Shown here piece after piece: positions 1 through 7,263 of a DNA stretch of 9,891 nucleotides. Origin of the DNA: a virus (taxonomy: Duplodnaviria > Heunggongvirae > Uroviricota > Caudoviricetes); the IMG/VR virus record IMGVR_UViG_2627853730_000001, positions 1-9,891 of that record; one strand, given 5' to 3'. Both the position numbers and the translations under genes were made by a program. The notes under the pieces are model-generated. The model was not told the origin of the DNA. It did not search any database and saw only the letters and a list, made by a program, of their open reading frames with translations. Numbering within the stretch: the stretch's first letter is position 1; each line of letters begins with the position of its first letter.

Positions 1-1
1 G

Positions 2-235
2 CTGGAGATCACGCTCGGTCAGTTAACGGTTGAGTTCGAAACTGATGGGTGGTTTGCTCTGACGGGTGCCGGTTGCGAAGCGCGGCTGGATGATAATGCC
101 GTCTGGACCGGCTGGCGATTGCCGATGAAAGCAGGCCAGCGTTTAACGCTTAAACGCCCGCAGCACGGGATGCGCAGTTATCTGGTGGTCGCGGGTGGTA
201 TTGATGTTCCGCCGGTAATGGGGTCATGCATGTAA
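2..235 (+). pseudogene. pxpC: Interrupted host gene fragment, PxpC/YbgK-like (5-oxoprolinase subunit C / allophanate hydrolase subunit 2 family). It has no start in the window and its frame ends at a stop inside the prophage end.
   Basis: The + strand frame beginning at nt 2 is open to TAA 233-235 and translates LEITLGQLTVEFETDGWFALTGAGCEARLDDNAVWTGWRLPMKAGQRLTLKRPQHGMRSYLVVAGGIDVPPVMGSCM*. The ...SYLxVAGGIDV... region matches my recollection of the enterobacterial PxpC/YbgK mid-protein region, so the expected downstream part is missing. The following sequence is AT-rich with phage-end repeats. Identification is from memory, not a search. Confidence 0.5.
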
Positions 236-236
236 C

Positions 237-406
237 CAGGTGAATCATTTGATACCGACAAGGGTTTTAGTGAAAGGAGGTGAAATCACCTGTAAGATGC
301 TGAAATAAAACAGGTGATGTATACTTCGGACGGAAAACTCTTTTTGATACCGACTGCTCAACAAATAGTCAAAAGATCAAAAAACGGCGACACATTTGAT
401 ACTGCT
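237..406 (+). repeat. attL-like sub-terminal repeat array, presumed transposase end-binding sites (L1-L3 analogues).
   Basis: Three direct copies of the core TTTGATAC(C/T)G: CATTTGATACCGAC at 246-259, TTTTTGATACCGACTGCT at 343-360, CATTTGATACTGCT at 393-406. Three CAGGTGA motifs: 237-243, 311-317 and, inverted, inside the AGGTGA-AA-TCACCT inverted repeat at 278-291. The first copy resembles the MuA site consensus TGNTTCAYTNNAARYRCGAAAR only loosely. Confidence 0.6.
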
Positions 407-586
407 AATTTACCCTTAAAATCTTCTTCAAAACATCTTCAAACTGCCAAAATGCTCACATAATCGATCTAACTATAATCAGTATGATAATCATCATGAA
501 TTACTATTCAATAGCGTGATTATCTTGGGATGAGTCATATGATCTCTATATGTATTTACAGCACCACCTCATGATAGCGATGGCGC

Positions 587-1198
587 TTAACCAACAACAT
601 TTTTCTTTACTGTCACTGCCCCTGATTCCTGGGTGGCGTTATTGCTCGAGTTGTACTTCTCAATAACGCGCAAAATCTCTTTGTCTGTTTCTTCACTTCC
701 CGCCATTCCTATCTTTATTGCATTTTTTAGTACGGGACGTAATGGCAAGGCATCAATGATGCTTTCTACCGCATCCTGGCTGATTGTAGATGTATTCATT
801 GCTGCCAGCCTGACAAGGTTGTTAGTACCTTCTCGCCTGATGAATGTAAGGATTAATTGCTTCTCTTGGGGGCTTAGAGAGCTAAGCGCCTGATCAATAC
901 CCGAACCTGAATCGCAATTTTTTCCGATTTTTCCGCATTCATCTTCGTTCTTGCCTGTGGCCAACCAGTCGAGTGAACAATTACAGGCTTTAGCTATTAA
1001 GGCCAGTTTATCCAAAGGAGGGAAGTTTTTCCCCTTCCTGTAATTTCTTACTGTGGCTTCAGATAGTCCACAAAGGGTCGCCAGTTCGACGTTTGTCATG
1101 TTTCCCATAGCCATAGCTAAGCGTTCTGAAAATCGGTTTATTCCTTCCATATCAATAAACCGTTCCGCACTGGATACGGTTTTTTCTGCCTTATCCAT
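587..1198 (-). CDS. Prophage lysogeny repressor (functional analogue of Mu c) with an XRE/lambda-cI-type helix-turn-helix; 203 aa.
   Basis: Leftward ORF divergent from ner across the operator, in the position of Mu c. Residues ~34-80 (MTNVELATLCGLSEATVRNYRKGKNFPPLDKLALIAKACNCSLDWLATG) fit the HTH_XRE pattern. GGGGG Shine-Dalgarno lies upstream of ATG (complement of 1196-1198). I see no obvious S24 peptidase motif in the C-terminal part. Confidence 0.75.
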   Translation of the reverse strand: MDKAEKTVSSAERFIDMEGINRFSERLAMAMGNMTNVELATLCGLSEATVRNYRKGKNFPPLDKLALIAKACNCSLDWLATGKNEDECGKIGKNCDSGSGIDQALSSLSPQEKQLILTFIRREGTNNLVRLAAMNTSTISQDAVESIIDALPLRPVLKNAIKIGMAGSEETDKEILRVIEKYNSSNNATQESGAVTVKKNVVG

Positions 1199-1354
1199 AT
1201 AACCCCCTATAAAACAAAGAAATTATCGACATCGCATTTAATTTCGATATGCTCGCAAAAAACCGTTGATATCGAATTATTTTGCGATTATGATTTACCT
1301 AAATCGATAACCGGTTTTGATTATCGGTTCAGGTAAACATGAGAGGATCACACA
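1199..1354. promoter_or_regulatory. Operator and divergent promoter region between repressor and ner; by position also the likely transposition enhancer (internal activation sequence).
   Basis: A 156-bp AT-rich intergenic region holds at least six copies of a (T)ATCGA/TATCG core (tatcgac, atcgca, ttcgatat, gatatcgaa, atcgataa, ttatcgg), including the palindrome GATATC and the inverted pair ATCGATAACCGG/CCGGTTTTGATTATCGG. It sits about 1 kb from the left end, as Mu O1-O3 do. Confidence 0.6.
1266..1294 (+). promoter_or_regulatory. Candidate early promoter (Pe analogue) driving ner-A-B and downstream genes.
   Basis: -35 TTGATA (1266-1271), 17-bp spacer, -10 TATGAT (1289-1294); both hexamers are 5/6 matches to the sigma70 consensus. 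The -35 overlaps the GATATC operator repeat. ner ATG is at 1355 with GAGAGGA Shine-Dalgarno at 1341-1347. Confidence 0.5.
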
Positions 1355-1621
1355 ATGAGGGTATCCAGACAAGCATCGAATAATTTGTTTGTTCGAGAGG
1401 GGTGTGACTGGTCTGCTAAAGCGGTATATGCAGCCCTTGAAAACAAAGGCACAGACCTCCCTGAACTGGAAAGGGAGTTAGGATTAAAAAGCGGATCAAT
1501 GCGCAATGTGTTTTACCGCCAGTGCCGTAAATACGAAGCCGCCATCGCCGAAAAAATAGGGGTTGAACCTGCTGTAATCTGGCCCAGCAGATACCAGGTG
1601 GACGCCAGAGAAGTGGCTTGA
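1355..1621 (+). CDS. ner: Ner-like DNA-binding protein (Mu Ner / Nlp-Sfs7 family), negative regulator of early transcription; 88 aa.
   Basis: Translation contains DWSAKAVYAAL and the C-terminal AVIWPSRYQ, matching the Mu Ner / E. coli Nlp signature (DWHxADIIAGL ... EVIWPSRYQ). First rightward gene after the operator, with a good Shine-Dalgarno. Confidence 0.85.
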   Translation: MRVSRQASNNLFVREGCDWSAKAVYAALENKGTDLPELERELGLKSGSMRNVFYRQCRKYEAAIAEKIGVEPAVIWPSRYQVDAREVA

Positions 1622-1631
1622 TGGGGGATGT

Positions 1632-3722
1632 ATGTGGGTAACAGCAAAAGAATGTGTTGGTCTTCCTGATTTACCAATGATGGAACATAACATTCGCCAT
1701 CGACTCACAAAAGCAGCTGCGGGAAATGCAGCCATGTTACGCAAACGTAAGGGGACAAAAGCAATCGAATTTAATATCGATTGTTTGCCTTCTGGCGCGC
1801 AACAAGTATTGCGTGAACGTTATGCCCTTCAACTGATGACGCAAAAAGCTGATGAATCACCGGCTCCGGTGGTGACAAAGGCCAGACGCTCATCTGCCGT
1901 GGTTGATGCGGTGGAGGCATATCGCGGATCACCACAACTGATGCTCGAACGCCTCAATGCCCTGACTGAAAACCAGCGCCAGGTGGCTGATGCACGAATC
2001 GCGATCGTCAGCGAAGTTCTGAAAGTCGCGCAACAACCTGGTTTCAGCTGTGCGAAGGCTATCCGGTTTATCGTTGACAACCTGGCACGTTCGCAACTGG
2101 ACGAGCGCATTGTGGCAATGGTTGAGACGGCGAACGCCAAAAAGGGAAACAGCCGTGCGTTGAGTGAAATCACGCTGAAACGCTGGATTGCGGCCTTTAA
2201 CAAGGCACAGAACGCCGCTGAACGCCTGCTTTTACTGGCACCGGGTAAACGCCAGGAAATAAAAGCCGAAGATATTAACTGGCTGCCCGAATTTCTGGCG
2301 CAGTATCGCCAGTCAAACGGCCGACCAATGACCGAGGCTTACGAGGATTTTGTTGCTGAATGGCAGCACCGGCACGCTGATGAGCCTTATATGCTCGATA
2401 TCATGCCCTCTTATGACACCATTCGCCGCGCAATGAAGAAACTGCCGGAAGTGGTGAAACAAAAAGGCCGGGTAACTGGCAGTGAATACCGTCAGCTTGA
2501 GGGATTCACGCGCCGCGACTGGTCCAGAATGCCGGTGAATTATGTCTGGATTGGTGACGGTCACGGCATGAAGCTGAAATGCGCGCACCCGGTTCACGGG
2601 CGGCCATTCGCACCGGAAGTGACCTTTGTTATCGACGGTGGCACGCGCTTTGTGGTGGGCTGGAGCCTTGACCTGGCTGAAAATGTTTTCGCCGTAGCCG
2701 GTGCCATACAGCACGGTATTCGCCATCATGGCAAACCGTTTCTGTATTACTCGGATAATGGCTCCGGGGAAACCGCCGACGTCCTGGATAAGGAGATTGT
2801 GGGGATACTGCCACGACTGGGGATTAATCACCCGACAGGGATTGCCGGTAATCCGCAGGGACGGGGCATTATCGAACGGCTTAACCGCACATTACCGATG
2901 CGCATAGCCCGTAAATACCGCACCTATTTCGGGAAAGGAGCAGATCGCGAGACGTTACGTAAAACCAACCGCGATTTACGCTCGGCATTCAGTGCCCTGC
3001 AACAGGGCAAACGGCTGAACGCCCGGCAGCAGTCAGCGATGCGTGATTTACCGTCCTGGTCTGAACTGATTGATGCCATTCGTGACGGTGTTGAGTGGTA
3101 CAACAACCGGCCGCACGATGAATTACCCATGAAGCCGAACGGTAAACATTACAGCCCGGCGGAGTTCAGAAAAAAACGCCTGGCGGAAGAGGACACGGAA
3201 ATTGAATGGCTGTCCGATGTTGAACTGCGGGATATGTTCCGGCCGATGGTGGAGCGCCCTGTAAGACGCTGTGAAATACGCTGGCTGAATAATATTTACT
3301 ACGCGCCCGAGCTGCGTGACGAGCATGGCCGTAAGGTACTTATCAGCTATGACATTCATGATGCCGAACGAATTACCGTGCGCCGCCCGGATGGCAGCGT
3401 GATTTGCGAGGCGGTATGGGACGGCAATAAACGCGAAGCCTTCCCTGTCAGCGCGGAATACTACAAACAGCAGCAGCGCCTTAAAGGCATGCGTAAACGC
3501 GCAGAGGAAAAAATCCGTGATGCCGAGGATGAGGTTGTCAACGTGCTGGAGCACAAGCCGCAGGAGCCCTGGCTGGAAAACATATACCGCCCTGTGGGTA
3601 ATACGGTGACCGTTCAGCAACCGGTCGCTGACGATGAACCTGATGAAGAATACGAGCGTAATTTCCAGCGGGGATTGCAACTGCTCGAAGCGAAATTAAA
3701 AGAAAGTGATCCGCTGGCCTGA
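1632..3722 (+). CDS. A: Mu-type DDE transposase A (MuA-like), 696 aa.
   Basis: N-terminus MWVTAKECVGLPDLP resembles MuA MELWVSPKECANLPGLP (enhancer/operator-binding domain). DDE catalytic triad contexts are present: WIGDGHGMK, YYSDNGSGE, GRGIIERLNRT. Size and position (immediately after ner) fit. GGGGG Shine-Dalgarno lies 4 nt upstream of ATG 1632. Confidence 0.9.
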   Translation: MWVTAKECVGLPDLPMMEHNIRHRLTKAAAGNAAMLRKRKGTKAIEFNIDCLPSGAQQVLRERYALQLMTQKADESPAPVVTKARRSSAVVDAVEAYRGSPQLMLERLNALTENQRQVADARIAIVSEVLKVAQQPGFSCAKAIRFIVDNLARSQLDERIVAMVETANAKKGNSRALSEITLKRWIAAFNKAQNAAERLLLLAPGKRQEIKAEDINWLPEFLAQYRQSNGRPMTEAYEDFVAEWQHRHADEPYMLDIMPSYDTIRRAMKKLPEVVKQKGRVTGSEYRQLEGFTRRDWSRMPVNYVWIGDGHGMKLKCAHPVHGRPFAPEVTFVIDGGTRFVVGWSLDLAENVFAVAGAIQHGIRHHGKPFLYYSDNGSGETADVLDKEIVGILPRLGINHPTGIAGNPQGRGIIERLNRTLPMRIARKYRTYFGKGADRETLRKTNRDLRSAFSALQQGKRLNARQQSAMRDLPSWSELIDAIRDGVEWYNNRPHDELPMKPNGKHYSPAEFRKKRLAEEDTEIEWLSDVELRDMFRPMVERPVRRCEIRWLNNIYYAPELRDEHGRKVLISYDIHDAERITVRRPDGSVICEAVWDGNKREAFPVSAEYYKQQQRLKGMRKRAEEKIRDAEDEVVNVLEHKPQEPWLENIYRPVGNTVTVQQPVADDEPDEEYERNFQRGLQLLEAKLKESDPLA

Positions 3723-3804
3723 AATAAAAAAATAACCCGAGGGGTGACTCAGGTTATTTGAGGTTTCAGTCTCGGAGAATGCTGTCTCAAGCGAGGTGAA
3801 TAAT

Positions 3805-4737
3805 ATGACCGATATTAACGATGTAATCAAGACCATTGATGAACTTATTGATGGCGGCGTACTGACGCAGTATGCCATCGCCAGAGAGGCGGGAATTTCC
3901 GACGGCACATTATCGGCTTTCCGTAAGGGAAAATATAAAGGCGATAACGCTGCTGTGGCTGCTTCCCTGCGCTCCTGGTATGAGAACTGGAATAAACAAA
4001 GCGCACTGCCGGAACCGCCGCAGTTTGTGGAAACTCAGACAGTCCAGGAGCTGCGCGCACTGTTTCAGGCGGTTCGCCTGATGGGCTGTATTAACGTTAT
4101 TGTGGGCGTACCGGGTGTGGGTAAAACGGCCACTGCCCGTAATTACTGCCAGGAGCAACCAAACACCTGGATGATCACCCTGTCACCCGCGCACTCCAGC
4201 GTCACGGAGTGTCTGCTGGAGCTGGCCGATGCGCTGGGGATTGATTACACCCGCGCGAACAAAGGGGCATTATCCCGCGCCATCCGCCGTCGCCTGACGG
4301 GAACGCGTGGACTGGTGATTGTGGATGAGGCGGATCATCTTGGTATTGACGGTCTGGAGCAACTCCGGGCAATTCAGGACGCCACGGGGATCGGGATGGT
4401 GCTTATTGGTAACCCGCGCGGATTGTTTAAAGGTGGACGCCGCGCCTTTGATGATTTATCGCGCCTGTTCAGCCGTCTTGCCCGTACAAAACAACTTCGC
4501 AAGGCCAAAAAGGCGGATGTGCTGGCCATTGCCAGGGCATGGGGTATCAGTGGTGAGGCCGAGCTGGCCGTCATGCAGGCTATCGCTGAAAAGCCGGGAG
4601 CATTACGTGTTCTGACACATACGCTTAACCAGGCGTGGCTCACCGCCAGCGGTGAAGGCGCGGCGCTGACAGAAAAACATATTAATGCGGCCTTTAAAGA
4701 GGTTTATACCAACCCTGAATTACTCTCACAGGTGTGA
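3805..4737 (+). CDS. B: Mu B-like AAA+ ATPase, target-DNA activator of transposition; about 310 aa. Alternative GTG start at 3796.
   Basis: Walker A GVPGVGKT and Walker B LVIVDEADHL are present. N-terminal region ...GISDGTLSAFRKGKYKGDNAAV... parallels MuB ...FINDKYNGDNERV.... Length is close to MuB (312 aa). ATG 3805 is preceded by GAGGTG (3793-3798) at 6-nt spacing. Confidence 0.85.
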   Translation: MTDINDVIKTIDELIDGGVLTQYAIAREAGISDGTLSAFRKGKYKGDNAAVAASLRSWYENWNKQSALPEPPQFVETQTVQELRALFQAVRLMGCINVIVGVPGVGKTATARNYCQEQPNTWMITLSPAHSSVTECLLELADALGIDYTRANKGALSRAIRRRLTGTRGLVIVDEADHLGIDGLEQLRAIQDATGIGMVLIGNPRGLFKGGRRAFDDLSRLFSRLARTKQLRKAKKADVLAIARAWGISGEAELAVMQAIAEKPGALRVLTHTLNQAWLTASGEGAALTEKHINAAFKEVYTNPELLSQV

Positions 4738-4739
4738 TT

Positions 4740-4961
4740 ATGGCGGTATTTAATATTCCTGATATTTACGGACGCTTTTACCTGGTTAATTTCGATAACG
4801 TGAAGGTGATTTCACTGGCCGAAAATAAAGCATGTGGCGATTTACTTTTTGAATTTAATGACCGCACACGAATGGTGATATCTGCCGGACTTGATCGCGA
4901 AGGTGCGACAGAAGTTTACAGCGGAATATGCCGTTCTGTTGGTGCGAAACAAGTCAGCTAA
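4740..4961 (+). CDS. Small early protein, 73 aa, in the position occupied by kil in Mu (positional analogy only).
   Basis: ORF starts 3 nt after the B stop with AGGTG 6 nt upstream of ATG 4740 (the six-frame track gives a GTG at 4734). Size matches my recollection of Mu Kil (~74 aa), but I recognise no sequence similarity. Confidence 0.5.
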   Translation: MAVFNIPDIYGRFYLVNFDNVKVISLAENKACGDLLFEFNDRTRMVISAGLDREGATEVYSGICRSVGAKQVS

Positions 4962-5228
4962 ATGAGGTGTTATATGAATATGCAATCCTGCGGTAACAAA
5001 ATGAATTTATTCGACTCCCTGAACAGCGCGCGCCGTCTGACCGAACTTGCCGGTGCGGTACTGGAACGCAGTAAGCGCTATCCGCAACGTTTTGCACTGA
5101 AAACCACGCCGCCGGTAGGCAACGTGCAGGGAACCGGTGAAATTGAAATCACCATACAGACCAACGGCCTGCGCCGCCGTGTGAAGGCCACCCGCATCAG
5201 CGGCTGCACGGTTTACTGGGAGGTGTGA
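4962..5228 (+). CDS. Hypothetical small early protein, 84-88 aa; start ambiguous between ATG 4962, 4974 and 4980.
   Basis: Open frame abuts the stop of the previous gene (TAA 4959-4961, ATG 4962). GAGGTG at 4965-4970 would best serve ATG 4980. Tightly packed in a co-directional operon. Confidence 0.5.
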   Translation: MRCYMNMQSCGNKMNLFDSLNSARRLTELAGAVLERSKRYPQRFALKTTPPVGNVQGTGEIEITIQTNGLRRRVKATRISGCTVYWEV

Positions 5229-5229
5229 G

Positions 5230-5511
5230 GTGAAAAAAAATCTCATTGCATGGGCGTGGTCGAGTGGTCTTATTGAGTTTGGTTACGTCCTGCCGGAAGG
5301 TGCATTGCCGATAGTTGCCGGAAAGCCCGCCACGGTACGGCATGTGATTGATGTTGTGGCGCGTCATGGACGCGATGAACAGGAACAGCTACTGGTTCCT
5401 GGAATACCGGAAGCGGTGACGGAAGAAGAAGCCTTTAATGCCATGGTTCAGTTCTGCCGTGAGGTCAGACGCCGGGTCAGTTATCCAAACAGAACGAGGG
5501 CCAGAGGATGA
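5230..5511 (+). CDS. Hypothetical early protein, 93 aa.
   Basis: GTG 5230 is preceded by GGGAGG (5218-5223) at 6-nt spacing and lies 1 nt after the upstream stop. The 3' end overlaps the next start in an ATGA junction (5508-5511). Confidence 0.55.
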   Translation: MKKNLIAWAWSSGLIEFGYVLPEGALPIVAGKPATVRHVIDVVARHGRDEQEQLLVPGIPEAVTEEEAFNAMVQFCREVRRRVSYPNRTRARG

Positions 5512-5780
5512 GTAAAGTCGTGCGCATTATTTTCGAATACAAGGAGGACGTTATCCGTAAAAACGCTGATGGAACAGTGCACATGGGGGTAAGTCTGGAT
5601 ATACGTTCAACCGGAATAAAGCAGAAAAATGATAGCCCCGCCATGATTTTTGGGGTGGTTATGCTGGCAGAAAGCAGAAACTTCGCAGAGCTTGTGGCAA
5701 TGAAAGCCAGTGCATTCATGAAAGACAGGGGCATGGCTTCCGGGGTTATTAACGGTAATGAATTTAATCAGCAGGGGTAA
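5508..5780 (+). CDS. Hypothetical early protein, 90 aa; paralogue 1 of a tandem pair.
   Basis: ATGA overlap with the upstream gene. N-terminus MSKVVRIIFEY is shared with the next gene, and the first ~35 nt are near-identical to the start of 5786-6078. Confidence 0.6.
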   Translation: MSKVVRIIFEYKEDVIRKNADGTVHMGVSLDIRSTGIKQKNDSPAMIFGVVMLAESRNFAELVAMKASAFMKDRGMASGVINGNEFNQQG

Positions 5781-5785
5781 TTCCA

Positions 5786-6078
5786 TGAGCAAAGTACGCG
5801 TTATTTTTGAATTTGAGCATGTTTCGCATGACGAAAAACCGGCAGGCAATGACAGTGTTGAAGTGCATGAAAAGATTGGTGTGGATGTAAAAACAGAACG
5901 TGATACGGATAACAGGCCGACGTCACTCTGTGACGTTTATGCAAGTATTCTCCAGTATCACAGTCCTGAAATTATTCAGTTTCTCTCAGCGGAATTTCAG
6001 GCATCTGTACAGGCTTTTGGGGCGGATGCCATCATTAAACGCCACCGCGTGCATAAAGCATCAGGCACACTGCAATAA
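5786..6078 (+). CDS. Hypothetical early protein, 97 aa; paralogue 2 of a tandem pair.
   Basis: I prefer ATG 5786 (CAGGGG Shine-Dalgarno at 5773-5777) over the track's 5758 start because it gives N-terminus MSKVRVIFEF, parallel to the upstream paralogue. A C-terminal segment (QFLSAEFQASVQAFG) weakly resembles ELVAMKASAFMKDRG in paralogue 1. Confidence 0.6.
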
Positions 6079-6089
6079 GGAAAAACAAA

Positions 6090-6620
6090 ATGGCTAAACG
6101 CGTTACAAAATTAAAGGCCGCAGCCGAGGCAGCACCGCAGACCCGTGAAGAGGTCAGCCGCGATATCCGACGCTTTGGGGATATGCAGCGTGAGGCACTA
6201 CGCCTGGAAACGGCGATGAATGACGAAGTGGCAGAAATCACCGCCCGTTATACGCCGCAGATTGAAAACCTTAAAAAAGAAATCAAAGTGCTTTTTAAGG
6301 GGATTCATGACTGGTGTAAAACCAACCGCAATGAGCTGACGAACGGCGGCGAAACCAAAACAGCCAATCTGACCACCGGAACGGTGTCATGGCGGCTGGG
6401 AACGCCATCATGCAGCGTCAGCCGTGATGTGGAAGGCGTGATTGAAATGCTGCGCCGTATGGGCCTTGAGCGCTTCATCCGCACGAAAGAGGAAGTGAAT
6501 AAGCAAGCTGTCCTGGCGGAGCCAGATGCGGTGAAGGGCATTGCCGGTATAAAGGTGAATAAAGGCGCTGAAAGTTTTTATGTCGAGCCTTTTGAACAGG
6601 ACGCCGGACTGAATAAATAA
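6090..6620 (+). CDS. gam: Gam-like host-nuclease inhibitor (Mu Gam family, Ku-like DNA-end-binding protein), 176 aa.
   Basis: Translation matches my recollection of Mu Gam along its length: GDMQREALRLETAMNDEVAEIT, ELTNGGETKTANLTTGTVSWR, ERFIRTKEEVNKQAVLAEP. Size and position in the early region fit. Confidence 0.8.
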   Translation: MAKRVTKLKAAAEAAPQTREEVSRDIRRFGDMQREALRLETAMNDEVAEITARYTPQIENLKKEIKVLFKGIHDWCKTNRNELTNGGETKTANLTTGTVSWRLGTPSCSVSRDVEGVIEMLRRMGLERFIRTKEEVNKQAVLAEPDAVKGIAGIKVNKGAESFYVEPFEQDAGLNK

Positions 6621-6717
6621 CACCGCATTAAATCTTTAAATATCACATCGTGTTAATTATGGCGCTCGCGTCAGGGGACTGCCTGCGCCTGTAAACTGAA
6701 AATAAGGAACAGGAAAT

Positions 6718-7260
6718 ATGGCATATTTTTATTTCAAATTAGACATAGTGTACACAAATAAATATTTAACCGAATATCAGCGGGATGTTTTACCGCTACG
6801 CAACAGTATTCTTCGGGCATTACTGAAAAATACAGGCGCTGCCGGATTGCGCTTAAAGCCGTTCGCCATGGACGTAATCAGTGAGTTTTATTTTTCTGGT
6901 TCTCTGCCTGCGGGCTGGCGTAAGCGCGATGATGTGGCTTTTATCGGGGACGGACCGTGCTTTATTGCCAGACCTGATGAGTCATGCCCTGAAGGTCCGG
7001 CGATTGCCGCAATGATTGAAACCGCTGAACGTGAGTTAAGAAAGCGTCCTGATTTCCTTGTCTGGCTCTGTGAAAAGCTGGGGGTAATGAGAATCCCCTC
7101 CATGTTTAACACGGACTCCTGGTGGACCCCGTCGCTCTCCCGTGATGCCCTGTGCGTGGTGTTTAAAGTAGGCGCTTATGGCAGGGAAATAAAAGGGGGT
7201 ATTCCTGAAGAATGCCAGGAAATTAAACATTCTGAATATGTGGCGCTGACGGAGGAATAA
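6718..7260 (+). CDS. Hypothetical protein, 180 aa, no family recognised; first gene after the only sizeable intergenic gap of the early region.
   Basis: Strong AGGAACAGGA Shine-Dalgarno before ATG 6718. The 5' ~80 nt are AT-rich. The frame is open for 180 codons with no competing ORF. Confidence 0.65.
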   Translation: MAYFYFKLDIVYTNKYLTEYQRDVLPLRNSILRALLKNTGAAGLRLKPFAMDVISEFYFSGSLPAGWRKRDDVAFIGDGPCFIARPDESCPEGPAIAAMIETAERELRKRPDFLVWLCEKLGVMRIPSMFNTDSWWTPSLSRDALCVVFKVGAYGREIKGGIPEECQEIKHSEYVALTEE

Positions 7261-7263
7261 TTC

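Noticed and set aside
633-893. Plus-strand ORF of 86 aa overlapping the repressor gene.
   Set aside because: It sits antisense inside the repressor CDS, which has a clear HTH motif; the translation is hydrophobic and low-complexity, and no Shine-Dalgarno is evident.
1496-1744. Minus-strand ORF of 82 aa spanning the ner-A junction.
   Set aside because: It overlaps two well-supported plus-strand genes; a shadow ORF.
1829-3680. Minus-strand ORFs inside the transposase gene (1829-2203, 2313-2831, 2629-2814, 2924-3130, 3123-3680) and the plus-strand ORF 2701-2907.
   Set aside because: They lie entirely within the long, motif-supported A gene, which is typical of shadow ORFs in GC-balanced coding DNA; none has a ribosome-binding site context or a recognisable motif.
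3730-3759. Inverted repeat AAATAACC ... GGTTATTT (8-bp stem, 14-nt loop) in the A-B intergenic region, considered as a terminator or attenuator.
   Set aside because: The stem is AU-rich and weak and is not followed by a U-tract; probably part of the B translation-initiation region rather than a terminator.
3696-4643. ORFs overlapping the B gene on both strands (3696-3908, 3845-4060, 3872-4081, 3910-4158, 4319-4615, 4374-4643).
   Set aside because: All are contained in or antisense to the Walker-motif-bearing B gene; no independent support.
5920-5936. Perfect palindrome ACGTCAC-TCT-GTGACGT inside the 5786-6078 coding sequence.
   Set aside because: A single 7-bp inverted repeat is expected by chance a few times in 10 kb; no second copy or promoter context was seen.
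5007-6623. Minus-strand and alternative-frame ORFs across the small-gene run and gam (5007-5246, 5477-5734, 5607-5849, 5900-6097, 6035-6241, 6305-6541, 6408-6623).
   Set aside because: The plus-strand genes here are translationally coupled with good Shine-Dalgarno sites, and gam is family-supported; the overlapping ORFs lack start context.
6660-6695. An 11-codon ORF (MALASGDCLRL) and a GC-rich imperfect hairpin in the gam-downstream gap.
   Set aside because: Too short and without a ribosome-binding site; the hairpin has a bulged stem and no U-tract. The gap itself is reported as part of a finding, but not these elements.
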